Below, piece after piece: positions 47,562-56,861 of a stretch of DNA of 64,000 nt; the first letter of the stretch is position 1, and each line of letters opens with the position of its first letter. Below the pieces are notes generated by a model, which was given only the letters and a program-made list of their open reading frames with translations, made no database searches and was not told where the DNA came from. The DNA is from an uncultured Clostridium sp. (GTDB taxonomy: Bacteria; Bacillota; Clostridia; Oscillospirales; Acutalibacteraceae): the NCBI GenBank assembly GCA_964571095.1, contig CAZNAC010000003.1, forward strand, positions 11,840 to 75,839, given 5' to 3'. Position numbers and translations under genes: made by a program.

Positions 47562-47771
47562 TCAGATATTTCTTATTTCTTCAGGCTCAACGATAACATA
47601 ATCGCCTTTTATTATTTCGTCAATCGCAAGGCTGACAGGCTTTTCCGTCATTATAATTTTATCTTCTTCTGCTTTTTCGGAAATTTCTCTCGCTCTTTTT
47701 GCCGTTGCGGTAACAAGAGAATAGCGGCTGAGATGGTTTTTAAGAACGCCTCTTAAATCGGGATTAAACAT
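47562..47771 (-). CDS. rpoZ: DNA-directed RNA polymerase subunit omega
   Basis: 69 aa. RYSLVTATAKRAREI is the conserved omega core. Confidence 0.88.
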   Translation of the reverse strand: MFNPDLRGVLKNHLSRYSLVTATAKRAREISEKAEEDKIIMTEKPVSLAIDEIIKGDYVIVEPEEIRNI

Positions 47772-48375
47772 TATTTATTACCTCACTTAAAAATTTTTTA
47801 TTTCTTGCGGTTTTAAGCTTTTCGGAATTAATTATTGTTTCAATTCCGGAAACAGCGTTTTCAACCGTATCATTAACTACAACATAATCATATTCGGGAG
47901 CCTTTTTCATTTCCTCCCGTGCTATAACCAAGCGGTGATTTATGGTTTCTTCATCCTCGGTATTGCGTGCTCTCAAGCGTTCTTCGAGAACACGAATCGA
48001 GGGCGGCATAAGAAAAATACTTATAACATCGGGATAAAGCCTTTTTATTTTTTCGGCTCCCTGTACTTCGATTTTCAAAATTGCCGCTTTACCGTTTGAA
48101 AGCATATCATCAACAGGCTCCTTGGGTGTACCGTAAAAATTACCTGCATACTCCGCAAATTCCAGCATTTTGTTTTCATCTATTTTCTTTTGAAAATAAT
48201 CTCGTTCAACAAAATAATAATGAATACCGTCAATTTCTCCTTGCCTTCTGGTGCGTGTTGTCATCGAAACGGAAACCTTTATATCATCCCTGTTTTCGGT
48301 TAAACGATTAAGAACGGTATCCTTTCCCGTGCCGGAGGGAGCAGAAAGAATAATGAGAATTCCGCCGTTATCCAT
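47764..48375 (-). CDS. gmk: Guanylate kinase
   Basis: P-loop SAPSGTGKDT and the TTR..R..E..G..Y.F motif. Confidence 0.93.
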   Translation of the reverse strand: MDNGGILIILSAPSGTGKDTVLNRLTENRDDIKVSVSMTTRTRRQGEIDGIHYYFVERDYFQKKIDENKMLEFAEYAGNFYGTPKEPVDDMLSNGKAAILKIEVQGAEKIKRLYPDVISIFLMPPSIRVLEERLRARNTEDEETINHRLVIAREEMKKAPEYDYVVVNDTVENAVSGIETIINSEKLKTARNKKFLSEVINNV

Positions 48376-48648
48376 TTACTCATCGTCCTCCTCATCTTCA
48401 AGCTCGTCCAAATCATCGTTAAGTCTGTTGGCAACCGTCTCAGACTGAAGATATGTTAAAATAACGTGGTCGCTGTCTGTAATTATAACAGCTCTTGTTC
48501 TTCTGCCGTGCGTTGCATCGATGAGAGTCCCTTTTTCTTTACATTCCTGAATTATTCTTTTTATCGGAGCAGATTCAGGGCTGACAATCGCAACAAGACG
48601 TCCGGCATTAACCATATTGCCAAAGCCGATATTGATAAGCTTCATCAT
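48376..48648 (-). CDS. remA: RemA/YlzA (DUF370) regulator, with an acidic C-terminal tail
   Basis: [28 protein letters not shown] and [18 protein letters not shown] match the RemA family. The tail is [13 protein letters not shown]. Confidence 0.88.
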   Translation of the reverse strand: MMKLINIGFGNMVNAGRLVAIVSPESAPIKRIIQECKEKGTLIDATHGRRTRAVIITDSDHVILTYLQSETVANRLNDDLDELEDEEDDE

Positions 48649-48658
48649 TTTTCCTCCG

Positions 48659-49537
48659 TTATTCTATGTTTTGAACCTGCTCACGGATTTTTTCAATTTC
48701 CGCTTTGATTGAAACAACTCTGCGGGCAATTTCAACATCCTGAGCTTTTGAGCCGATGGTATTTGCTTCTCTGTTAAGCTCCTGAACAAGAAAATCCATC
48801 TTTTTTCCGACAGCATCACTTTGTTCAAGGAACAAACGAAGCTGTGAAATATGGCTGCGTAATCTGACCGTTTCTTCGGCAACCGCAATTTTATCCGCAA
48901 ATATTGCGGCTTCCGTGAGGATTCTTTGTTCGTCTATATGAGCATCGCCGAGAAGCTCTTTAAGCCTTCCGAGAAGCTTTTCATTATATTCCGCAACGGT
49001 TTCGGGTGAACGAACTTCAATATACTCAACATTTGTTATGATTTCATCAAGTCTCGAAAGAATATCCTTTTTCAGCCGCTCGCCCTCACGTTCACGCATT
49101 GAAATGAAACCGTCGAGAGCTGTTTGTGCAACGATTGAAACCGCATTCCAAATCCTGTCCTCATCATTCGCCTGCTTGCGAACAACAAAAATATCGCTTA
49201 CCCTTGAAATATCCGAAACCTTAATATCATTATCAAGTCCGTAAGTATCCGAAAGCTCCTTGTATGCGGCAAGATATCCGTTTACAAGAGGATGATTAAG
49301 AGTAATAACGGTATCCGGTTCTTCTACAGCTTCAATTTGGACGAAGCATTCCATTTTTCCTCTTGTCAGCTTACCGTTGAAAAAGCTTTTCAGCTTCTCG
49401 TCGAGAAAACCGTAATTTCTCGGAAGCTTTGAAGAAAACTCAAAATATCTGTGGTTAACACTTTTGATTTCAACCATTATATTCATACCATCTACAAGCT
49501 GTTGAGATCTGCCGTAGCCGGTCATACTTTTTATCAT
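48659..49537 (-). CDS. YicC/YloC family stress-induced protein (endoribonuclease family)
   Basis: [10 protein letters not shown]-terminus and C-terminal DUF1732-like [13 protein letters not shown]. Start set at ATG 49537. ATG 49549 abuts the GGAG and is unlikely. Confidence 0.88.
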   Translation of the reverse strand: MIKSMTGYGRSQQLVDGMNIMVEIKSVNHRYFEFSSKLPRNYGFLDEKLKSFFNGKLTRGKMECFVQIEAVEEPDTVITLNHPLVNGYLAAYKELSDTYGLDNDIKVSDISRVSDIFVVRKQANDEDRIWNAVSIVAQTALDGFISMREREGERLKKDILSRLDEIITNVEYIEVRSPETVAEYNEKLLGRLKELLGDAHIDEQRILTEAAIFADKIAVAEETVRLRSHISQLRLFLEQSDAVGKKMDFLVQELNREANTIGSKAQDVEIARRVVSIKAEIEKIREQVQNIE

Positions 49538-49538
49538 A

Positions 49539-49892
49539 TTATTGAACATCTCCTATATTATTAAACGGTTTTGAATTATGGCAGGAACATCCGCACATTA
49601 AGGCTTCGGGAATTTCAACACTCAAGATATCATTACCCTCAAATCCAAGCCTGTCTAATGCACTGCAAAAAAGCTTTTTATCGGCATTGCAGATATAAGC
49701 ATTCTTGTTCGCCGCAAAATTCATTGCAGCTCTTGCCAAGCCTTCAATTATAATATCATCGTCGCAAGAAATCTCCTTGATGAACATATTATAACCGTCA
49801 ATCGTAAATATACAAAACCCAAGCTCTGTTTCATTTTCAAAAGCTTTGATTCCGAATGCATTCTCTTTCTCAAAAGGAATAAATCCAATCAT
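49539..49892 (-). CDS. Hypothetical 117-aa protein with C-terminal Cys cluster (CGCSCH)
   Basis: The ORF is tightly packed between rluB (ATGA overlap at 49889-49892) and the YicC gene. I recognise no family. The middle part has a faint GNAT-like beta-alpha pattern but no acetyl-CoA motif. Confidence 0.55.
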   Translation of the reverse strand: MIGFIPFEKENAFGIKAFENETELGFCIFTIDGYNMFIKEISCDDDIIIEGLARAAMNFAANKNAYICNADKKLFCSALDRLGFEGNDILSVEIPEALMCGCSCHNSKPFNNIGDVQ

Positions 49893-50638
49893 TTTGAACC
49901 TCCGCCCGTTTTTATTCCCGCAGCTTTAAAAAGGTTCTCAACCTCTGACTGCGTAAGCTCTCTCCACTCACCGGGTTTGAGCATACCCAGCTTAACGGAA
50001 CCAATGGCAATTCTCCTAAGCCGTGCAACCTCAAGCTCTAAGCTCTCACACATTTTGCGAATCTGACGGTTGCGGCCTTCGTAAAGCACAATTTCAAGAA
50101 CAGATCTGTCTTCTTCTCTTGAAATAACGTGAACATCGGCGGGTACGGTCATTTTGCCGTCTATTTCCACACCTGTTGAAAGGATTTCAACCTGTTCCGG
50201 CGAAACCTTAGCCCTCACGGTAACACGGTAGGTTTTGGGAACGTGCTTTGACGGGTGCATCATCGCATTTGCAAACGCACCGTCATTGGTCATTATCAAT
50301 GCACCCTCCGAAACACGGTCAAGCCTGCCGACAGGATAAATACGCTCTTTAACATCCGTTACAAGCTCAAGAACACATTTTCTGCCAAGCTCATCATCGG
50401 TTGTTGTTACATAGCCTCTCGGCTTATTAAGAAGAATATAGCGATGAGTTTTTTCTTTTTTTACTTTTTTGCCTTTAACGACAACAGTATCTTTTTTCGG
50501 ATCAACGCTGTCGCCGATTTGAGCAACGGCACCGTTAACCTTAACGCTTCCGTTCCTTATCATTTCTTCGGCTTTACGTCTTGAAGCAACTCCGGCTTCC
50601 GAAAGAAATTTCTGTAGTCTGATTTTATTATCGGTCAA
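49889..50638 (-). CDS. rluB: Pseudouridine synthase, RsuA/RluB family
   Basis: N-terminal S4 domain (RLQKFLSEAGVASRR) and catalytic GRLDRVSEG. Confidence 0.9.
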   Translation of the reverse strand: MTDNKIRLQKFLSEAGVASRRKAEEMIRNGSVKVNGAVAQIGDSVDPKKDTVVVKGKKVKKEKTHRYILLNKPRGYVTTTDDELGRKCVLELVTDVKERIYPVGRLDRVSEGALIMTNDGAFANAMMHPSKHVPKTYRVTVRAKVSPEQVEILSTGVEIDGKMTVPADVHVISREEDRSVLEIVLYEGRNRQIRKMCESLELEVARLRRIAIGSVKLGMLKPGEWRELTQSEVENLFKAAGIKTGGGSK

Positions 50639-50643
50639 TTATT

Positions 50644-51786
50644 TCACCACCGAAAATTAAATAGTTCTTTTATCTTTTGAATTAAATCGGAGAATAATCC
50701 TCTTTCCTCTTTAACCGCCGTCTTTGCGGGCTTTAGATACACCGATTCCGCAGCAAGCAACGGAACCTCATCTATAACACCGTTATTTGAATAAAAAACG
50801 GCATTACCGACAAATGAATTTATCGGCAAAGGGGCATACTCAAACGGTTTAAGAATAATTCTGCAACAGCATTTCTCACCCGAAAGCCATTCGGGAACAT
50901 AAGCAAGCTTAACGGGAATACTTGTTTTATCCCCGCCTGTAACTTTAAGCGAAATATCACTCAAATCACAGCTTATCAGTGCTCCCTTATACTTTGAAAA
51001 GCCGTATTCGTACATAGAAATATGGTCATTCCAGTCATCAGGTGCGTTTAGTGTTACGGCAACAAGCGTCACACCGTTTCTCTTTGCTGCACTGACAAGA
51101 CATCTTCCGCTTTTCTTGGTAAAGCCCGTTTTTATGCCGATTGTATCGGAATATTTCCACAAAAGCTTATTATGATTTGTAAGCGTGCGTTTATAGGGCG
51201 GGTTTCCGTAAGTAAGACTCGCTTTCTTTTGTGAGCAAATTTGCAGAAATTCGGGATTTTTTATACACTCGCAAGCAAGCAAAGCCATATCATAAGCTGT
51301 TGAATAATGATTATCATCGTCAAGACCGGACGGAGTTACAAAATTGGTATTGCTCATACCGATTTCGGCAGCTCTTTCATTCATCAGCTTTGCAAATCCC
51401 TCTTGACCGCCGCCGATAACATATGCAACTGTATTTGCAGCATCGTTGCCTGATTGCAAAAGCATTCCATAAACAAGCTCTTTCATCGAAACGCTGTCAC
51501 CTGCAAGAAGTCCCATAGAAGTTCCTTCAACCGATACCATTTCTTTTGTTACCGTTATTTCCTGTTCCGGCATTGCCATCTCAAGTGCAAGCAATGAAGT
51601 CATTATTTTGGTTGTACTTGCCATAGAAAGCTTTTTGTCGGCATTTCCGGAAAACAATATTTCGCCGTTATTTGCACACATTAGTATCGCACTTTCCGCA
51701 AAAACATTAACCTGTGCAAATGCCGTAATCTCCAAGCCGAAGAAAAACAGGACAGAAACTGCCATTGCGATTATTCTCTTTTTCAA
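50644..51786 (-). CDS. D-alanyl-D-alanine carboxypeptidase (S11 PBP5/DacB-like)
   Basis: Signal peptide plus SxxK (STTK), SGN (QSGND) and KTG (KTGFT). Confidence 0.9.
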   Translation of the reverse strand: MKKRIIAMAVSVLFFFGLEITAFAQVNVFAESAILMCANNGEILFSGNADKKLSMASTTKIMTSLLALEMAMPEQEITVTKEMVSVEGTSMGLLAGDSVSMKELVYGMLLQSGNDAANTVAYVIGGGQEGFAKLMNERAAEIGMSNTNFVTPSGLDDDNHYSTAYDMALLACECIKNPEFLQICSQKKASLTYGNPPYKRTLTNHNKLLWKYSDTIGIKTGFTKKSGRCLVSAAKRNGVTLVAVTLNAPDDWNDHISMYEYGFSKYKGALISCDLSDISLKVTGGDKTSIPVKLAYVPEWLSGEKCCCRIILKPFEYAPLPINSFVGNAVFYSNNGVIDEVPLLAAESVYLKPAKTAVKEERGLFSDLIQKIKELFNFRW

Positions 51787-51851
51787 TCATCTCATCCTCA
51801 CATATTCAAATAATAAAATATATGCGGATAAAAGGCTTTGTTATACAAAAA

Positions 51852-52283
51852 TTATGCTGTCGGCTCCGAGGAAGACATATAATCGTTAATTGCCGTGTCA
51901 ACAGTATTATCCTTATTTTTAAGCTGACCGATAACATCGGTTGCCTTATCGACAATATCGGGTACCATTCCGATAACTCTTTCAACCGAGCCTTCTGCGG
52001 CATTAATGTATTTTACCGAAACATTTCCGTTATTTACAACAAGAAACGCAACGGGAGAGATTGTTATTCCGGCTCCGCCGCCGCCGCCGAAAAGCTCTTG
52101 ATTACTCTTTGAGGGAAAATCCGTACCGCCGGATGCAAAGCCGTATGTAACCTTTGATACGGGGATAATTTGGAGTGTTTCGCTGATTTTAATGGGATCA
52201 CCGATTATTGTGCTGACATCTACAAGGTCCTTAATCTTTTCGATTGATGTACCGAGGATTCCCGATGCTGATTGTTCTTTCAT
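51852..52283 (-). CDS. ytfJ: Sporulation protein YtfJ (GerW family)
   Basis: IIPVSKVTYGFASGG...GGGGGAGITISPVAFLVV is typical of YtfJ/GerW. Confidence 0.85.
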   Translation of the reverse strand: MKEQSASGILGTSIEKIKDLVDVSTIIGDPIKISETLQIIPVSKVTYGFASGGTDFPSKSNQELFGGGGGAGITISPVAFLVVNNGNVSVKYINAAEGSVERVIGMVPDIVDKATDVIGQLKNKDNTVDTAINDYMSSSEPTA

Positions 52284-52316
52284 TTTGTTTTCCGCCTTTC
52301 TGAAAATATTATTTTA

Positions 52317-53006
52317 TTATCTTATATTCTGCTTTTCCACCATAGGCTTTTCGGCCTTGCTGTGCTTAAGCAATTTTATAACAACTTTAAATAGAAGCTC
52401 AAATGCAACAATGATAACCGCATTAATAAGCTTTATCGGTCTTACGGAAATCTTTGTATGAAGCCTTGCGTTATTTTTTCCGTAAATAAAATCGGGATTT
52501 ATTTCAATGCTGTATTTTTTCACTCGCATTGTACTGACAATAAGTCCCATAGCGGGAAATGCCGCCGAACAGGTTTCGCCGTATTTTATCGCCGTATCCG
52601 CCGAATCGCTTTTACCTACCAACAGCGAAACATAAAGCTCTTCAAAAAGAAACGCCCTGCCGATTCTTTTGAACATACCGCTTATTGCATTCGCCGTATC
52701 CTTGAGCAGTCCGACCACTCCGTCAACGCCACGGTTACGATAAAAGCGGACAAACATATTATCCTTTTTCTTTTCTTTGGGTTCCTTTACTGTTTCGCTA
52801 TCGTTTTTCGGCTTTTCTTTTTTCTTGTCTTTTTTCTTGTCTTTTTTCTTATGCTTCTCTTTCATCGGCATAAGATTGAATTTTAAGAAAAGCCACCTAA
52901 CAGATAGCTCGATATCATTTTCATAATGAACGGTAACAACAAACTTTATCGACAGTAAAGCAATAAAAAATGCAACAATTCCGAGTATGATGTATAGAGC
53001 TGTCAA
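52317..53006 (-). CDS. DUF2953 (YtfI-like) sporulation-associated membrane protein
   Basis: N-terminal TM, a Lys/Glu-rich low-complexity segment (KKDKKKDKKKEKPK), and a position upstream of ytfJ as in other spore formers. Confidence 0.7.
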   Translation of the reverse strand: MTALYIILGIVAFFIALLSIKFVVTVHYENDIELSVRWLFLKFNLMPMKEKHKKKDKKKDKKKEKPKNDSETVKEPKEKKKDNMFVRFYRNRGVDGVVGLLKDTANAISGMFKRIGRAFLFEELYVSLLVGKSDSADTAIKYGETCSAAFPAMGLIVSTMRVKKYSIEINPDFIYGKNNARLHTKISVRPIKLINAVIIVAFELLFKVVIKLLKHSKAEKPMVEKQNIR

Positions 53007-53608
53007 TTCATCTCCTCCTCTGCATTTTGGAAGAAATTCCTTATTTGTTCGCCCTGTTCATTATCGATTTCATCGTCGGGTTCACGGATTGTATCCTGCT
53101 TTTCGGGAAGCTCAGGCAAATCCGAAAGCGATGAGAGGCAAAAGCATCTTAAAAAATCCGGTGTGGTTCCGTAAAGCAATGGTCTTCCGGGCAAATCAAG
53201 TCTGCCCTTTTCTTCAAGCAGACCTTTTTGACAAAGCGTTGCAACAACGCCCGAACAATCAACACCTCTGATTTGTTCGATATAAGCCTTGGTTACCGGT
53301 TGATTATAAGCCACAACCGCAAGCACCTCAAACGCAGCAGGCGAAAGCGGAGCATTCTTTTTTAAATCAAGAGCATTTCTGACATACTGTGCATATTCGG
53401 TGCGGGAACAGAGCTGATATTTACTGCCCAAACGAAGAAGGCAAATTCCGCTCTTACGCTCATCGAGCTGCATTGATAGCTCCCAAAGAGCACCTGAAAT
53501 TATTTCGGCATCGATTTCAAGCGACTGTGCGATTCTCGAAAGCTCAACCGGTTCGCCGGAGGCAAACAGAATCGCTTCGCACGCCGCACGAATTTCTTCA
53601 TTCGTCAA
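53003..53608 (-). CDS. scpB: Segregation and condensation protein B
   Basis: ILFASGEPV and VVAYNQPVTKAYIEQIRGVD motifs. Confidence 0.9.
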   Translation of the reverse strand: MTNEEIRAACEAILFASGEPVELSRIAQSLEIDAEIISGALWELSMQLDERKSGICLLRLGSKYQLCSRTEYAQYVRNALDLKKNAPLSPAAFEVLAVVAYNQPVTKAYIEQIRGVDCSGVVATLCQKGLLEEKGRLDLPGRPLLYGTTPDFLRCFCLSSLSDLPELPEKQDTIREPDDEIDNEQGEQIRNFFQNAEEEMN

Positions 53609-54353
53609 TTTCTATACTCTCCTCTCCGCCCTCAAGCAAGGTTATTTCGGCATTTTCTCCTTCTCCGTCAATCAAAACTCTTTTTGCTTTCGCCATAGCA
53701 AGCAAAGCAAGAAAGGTTGCGACTATTTCGGAACGGGATTCCGATTCCTCAAAAAAAGAAATAAAATTACGTTTTTTCGATTTTTTAAATTTATTGATAA
53801 TAAAACCGATTCGCGATGAAACGGAAACGATTTTATGAGCAACGATTCCCCGAAACGCTTCAAATGGAGGCGGAAGTCTACGTTTTCCCTTGCCTACGGC
53901 GGAAATATATGCCTTAAATATTTCATACGGCTCGTGAATTCGAGTGTAGGTCATATCAACTTCGATTTCCTCCGGCGGTCTTGAATAAAGTTCAAATCCT
54001 TTTGCCTGATTTTGAAGCTTTCCGGCAATCGTTTTGCAATCCTGATATTCGGTTAGCTCACCGCGAAGCTCTTCAACAAGCTTTTCGGCTTCTTCGTGAA
54101 CCGGCAAAAGAGAAACGGTTTTGATATATAAAAGTCTTGCCGCCATTTCGAGAAATTCGCTCGATACCTCAAGGTTATCATCCTTCATCTGACGAACATA
54201 TTCAAGATACTGCTCAATGATTTCCATTATCGGAACATCATTGATGCTTACCTTCTTTTTTGAAATAAGCTGAAGCAGCAAGTCCATGGGGCCTTCAAAA
54301 ACTTCAAGCTTATATTGAATTTTTTCCAAGGATATACCCCTTTCGGTCATCAA
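53598..54353 (-). CDS. scpA: Segregation and condensation protein A
   Basis: FEGPMDLLLQLI and VATFLALLAMAK motifs. Confidence 0.9.
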   Translation of the reverse strand: MMTERGISLEKIQYKLEVFEGPMDLLLQLISKKKVSINDVPIMEIIEQYLEYVRQMKDDNLEVSSEFLEMAARLLYIKTVSLLPVHEEAEKLVEELRGELTEYQDCKTIAGKLQNQAKGFELYSRPPEEIEVDMTYTRIHEPYEIFKAYISAVGKGKRRLPPPFEAFRGIVAHKIVSVSSRIGFIINKFKKSKKRNFISFFEESESRSEIVATFLALLAMAKAKRVLIDGEGENAEITLLEGGEESIEIDE

Positions 54354-55024
54354 ATAAACGGTAAAAACGGAAGTCTTGCAACAAAGCTGATTCCCGTCAT
54401 AACAATTCCGGTAAGAAAGCTTAAAGGCTTATCGAGAATGCCGAAAATTATAAGAGCAAAAACTCCGAGAATAATATAACGCTCATACTGCATTATTTTG
54501 AAATAATATTTTTGCGGAATCAGAAGATTGGCAATTCTCGAACCGTCAAGCGGAGGAATCGGAATAAGATTAAACACCGCAAGGCTTACGTTTATTTGAG
54601 CAGCAACGCGGAAAAATACCATCGAAACCTGAGCAACAAGCTGTGCACCGGCAGGAAAGAACGAACAGGCATTTGCAAGAATCATAAAGAACAAAGCCAT
54701 AAGAAGATTTGCAACAGGTCCTGCAAGAGCTGTTAATGCCATTCCGGATTTGGGATTTTTAAATTTGCGGGGGTTAACCGGAACCGGCTTTGCATATCCG
54801 AAGCCGACCAAGAAAATCATAACCGCACCCATAATATCGATATGTGCAAGCGGAGCAACCGTAAGTCTTCCCTTGAGTCTCGGAGTATCATCGCCGAGCT
54901 TTGTTGCAACAAGAGCGTGTGCATATTCGTGAATAGGCAAGGTACAGAAAACAACAAAAACTCTTGCAAGCAGGTTCATTAAAACGTCGATTGAAAACCC
55001 GTTTCTCAATAAATCAAAAATCAT
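54350..55024 (-). CDS. Site-2 protease family (M50) membrane metalloprotease
   Basis: HEYAHA (HExxH) in TM1 and NLIPIPPLDGS. Confidence 0.85.
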   Translation of the reverse strand: MIFDLLRNGFSIDVLMNLLARVFVVFCTLPIHEYAHALVATKLGDDTPRLKGRLTVAPLAHIDIMGAVMIFLVGFGYAKPVPVNPRKFKNPKSGMALTALAGPVANLLMALFFMILANACSFFPAGAQLVAQVSMVFFRVAAQINVSLAVFNLIPIPPLDGSRIANLLIPQKYYFKIMQYERYIILGVFALIIFGILDKPLSFLTGIVMTGISFVARLPFLPFI

Positions 55025-55875
55025 TTTGCATCCTTTCCCGAACGGTATCCGACAACCGTTCTTTTAATACCGTTAAAATCCGTTATGGTTTCGGTTGAAT
55101 CACATTTCAAAGAAAACAGCCTTATAATATCTTCTGCCTGACCTTCGCCGCACTCAACGGCAACCGCACCTCGGCAGAATCCGAGCCATTTATCGTTAAT
55201 CAATCTGTAAAAATCCAATCCGTCCTCACCGCCGTCAAGTGCGGCGGCAGGCTCGAAGCTTACCTCTCTTTGAAGCGACGGAATCATATTTTTTTCGATA
55301 TAAGGCGGGTTGGAAAGAATCAAATCGGGAATCGGAAAACCAAAGCTCTCAAATCCGTTAAAAATATCGCCCTTAACGGCAATTGCATTTTTACAGCCGA
55401 GAGAATGTTTGTTTTTCAAAAGATAATCAAAGGCTTCATCGGATTTTTCAACAAGATATACCGTTGAATCCGGAATATTCTTTGCAACACAAAGCCCGAT
55501 ACAACCGGAGCCGGAGCACAAATCCAAAACAATCGGATTATCGAATTTTTTGAGATAATCCATTGCGAAGTCGACAAGAAGCTCTGTTTCCGCTCTCGGA
55601 ATAAGAACTCCGTTTCCGACCGAAAAGGTTTCTCCGTAAAAATCCCACGACTCGATTATATATTGAACAGGTTCACCCGTAATTCTGCGATTTATCAATC
55701 CAAAATATTTTTCGGCTTTTTTTGATTCCGCATTATCCTCAGAATGAAAAATCGCATATTCTTTTCCGCACTCGAAAACAGCTTCAAAAATCCATCGTGC
55801 TTCATTGAAATAATTTTCGGTTCCGTTGTTTTTAAGAATCTCGATTCCTTTTTTCAATAATTCGGAAACAGTCAT
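55021..55875 (-). CDS. prmC: Peptide chain release factor N5-glutamine methyltransferase
   Basis: SAM motif LDLCSGSGCIG and catalytic NPPY. Confidence 0.9.
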   Translation of the reverse strand: MTVSELLKKGIEILKNNGTENYFNEARWIFEAVFECGKEYAIFHSEDNAESKKAEKYFGLINRRITGEPVQYIIESWDFYGETFSVGNGVLIPRAETELLVDFAMDYLKKFDNPIVLDLCSGSGCIGLCVAKNIPDSTVYLVEKSDEAFDYLLKNKHSLGCKNAIAVKGDIFNGFESFGFPIPDLILSNPPYIEKNMIPSLQREVSFEPAAALDGGEDGLDFYRLINDKWLGFCRGAVAVECGEGQAEDIIRLFSLKCDSTETITDFNGIKRTVVGYRSGKDAK

Positions 55876-56861
55876 TCCGCACTCTCCGAATCATTTTTCG
55901 AGCTGTCGGGAACCTCACCGCTAAGGCACGCTTTCATAGCTTCAATCGCAACCTCAATAATCGCATCGTCCGGCTCGGCGGTTGTTATTCTTTGCATAAG
56001 AAGTCCGGGAGCGGAAAGAAGCTTTGTAAGCTTGTTGGGATATTTGCCGGCAAGCTGAATAAATTCAAAGCCTATGCCCATTATCAAAGGCATAATCAAA
56101 AGCTTAACGACAATCCATATTGCTCTGTTTTCCGTAAGCTGCGGAAAAAGCATTGAGATAACCGATGAAATAAGTATGCTGAGCAAAATAGTGATGAAAA
56201 TAAATGCCGTTCCGCATCTCGGATGAAAACGAAGCTCTTCTTTTATGTTTTCAACCGTAAGTTCCTTGCCGTGTTCAAAGCAAAATATCGTTTTATGCTC
56301 CGCACCGTGATACATATAAACTCTGTGTATCTCTTTCATCTTTGAAACAATGTACATATAAAGAACAAAGATAATAACTCTGATTATTCCCTCAAAAACA
56401 GCTCTCCACGCAGTAAAAGAACCGGCGGCAAGCTTATTATTGACGATATCAAAGCAGAAGCTCGGAAGCCACATAAAAAGAACAAATGCAAGACCTATGC
56501 CGAGAACAGCGGAAATACCGCCGATAACCGCCATCATCTTGGGACCGAAATGCTCGGTTATCCACTTATCGAGCTTTGATTCGCTTTCTTCTTCAAAATC
56601 AACAGAAGTCTTTTCGGCAGACTCCATAATAAGCTTATATCCGAAAATCATTGATTCAACAAAAGAAATCACGCCTCGAACCAAAGGAATATTGAGAAAT
56701 TTATATTTTTTCCTTACGGAAACAAAGTCTTTCATTTGCGTTTCAATCGTTCCGTCCGGCAATCTGAGTGATACTGCGGTGCCTTTGGGCCCTCGCATCA
56801 TTATTCCCTCCATAAGAGCCTGACCGCCGACTGCAACATAATTATTCTTCTTTGGGTTCAT
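55872..56861 (-). CDS. DUF1385 (YqhQ-like) membrane protein
   Basis: VGGQALMEGIMMRGP and YHGAEHK motifs. Start ATG 56861 has GAAGGAG upstream. The ORF-track extension to 57137 overlaps the kinase gene and is rejected. Confidence 0.85.
   Translation of the reverse strand: MNPKKNNYVAVGGQALMEGIMMRGPKGTAVSLRLPDGTIETQMKDFVSVRKKYKFLNIPLVRGVISFVESMIFGYKLIMESAEKTSVDFEEESESKLDKWITEHFGPKMMAVIGGISAVLGIGLAFVLFMWLPSFCFDIVNNKLAAGSFTAWRAVFEGIIRVIIFVLYMYIVSKMKEIHRVYMYHGAEHKTIFCFEHGKELTVENIKEELRFHPRCGTAFIFITILLSILISSVISMLFPQLTENRAIWIVVKLLIMPLIMGIGFEFIQLAGKYPNKLTKLLSAPGLLMQRITTAEPDDAIIEVAIEAMKACLSGEVPDSSKNDSESAE

Noticed and set aside
48251-48448. A plus-strand ORF containing a poly-Ser run ([11 protein letters not shown]).
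   Set aside because: It is the antisense reading of the RemA acidic tail (GAA/GAT repeats read as TTC/ATC). It overlaps the gmk/remA junction and has no independent signals.
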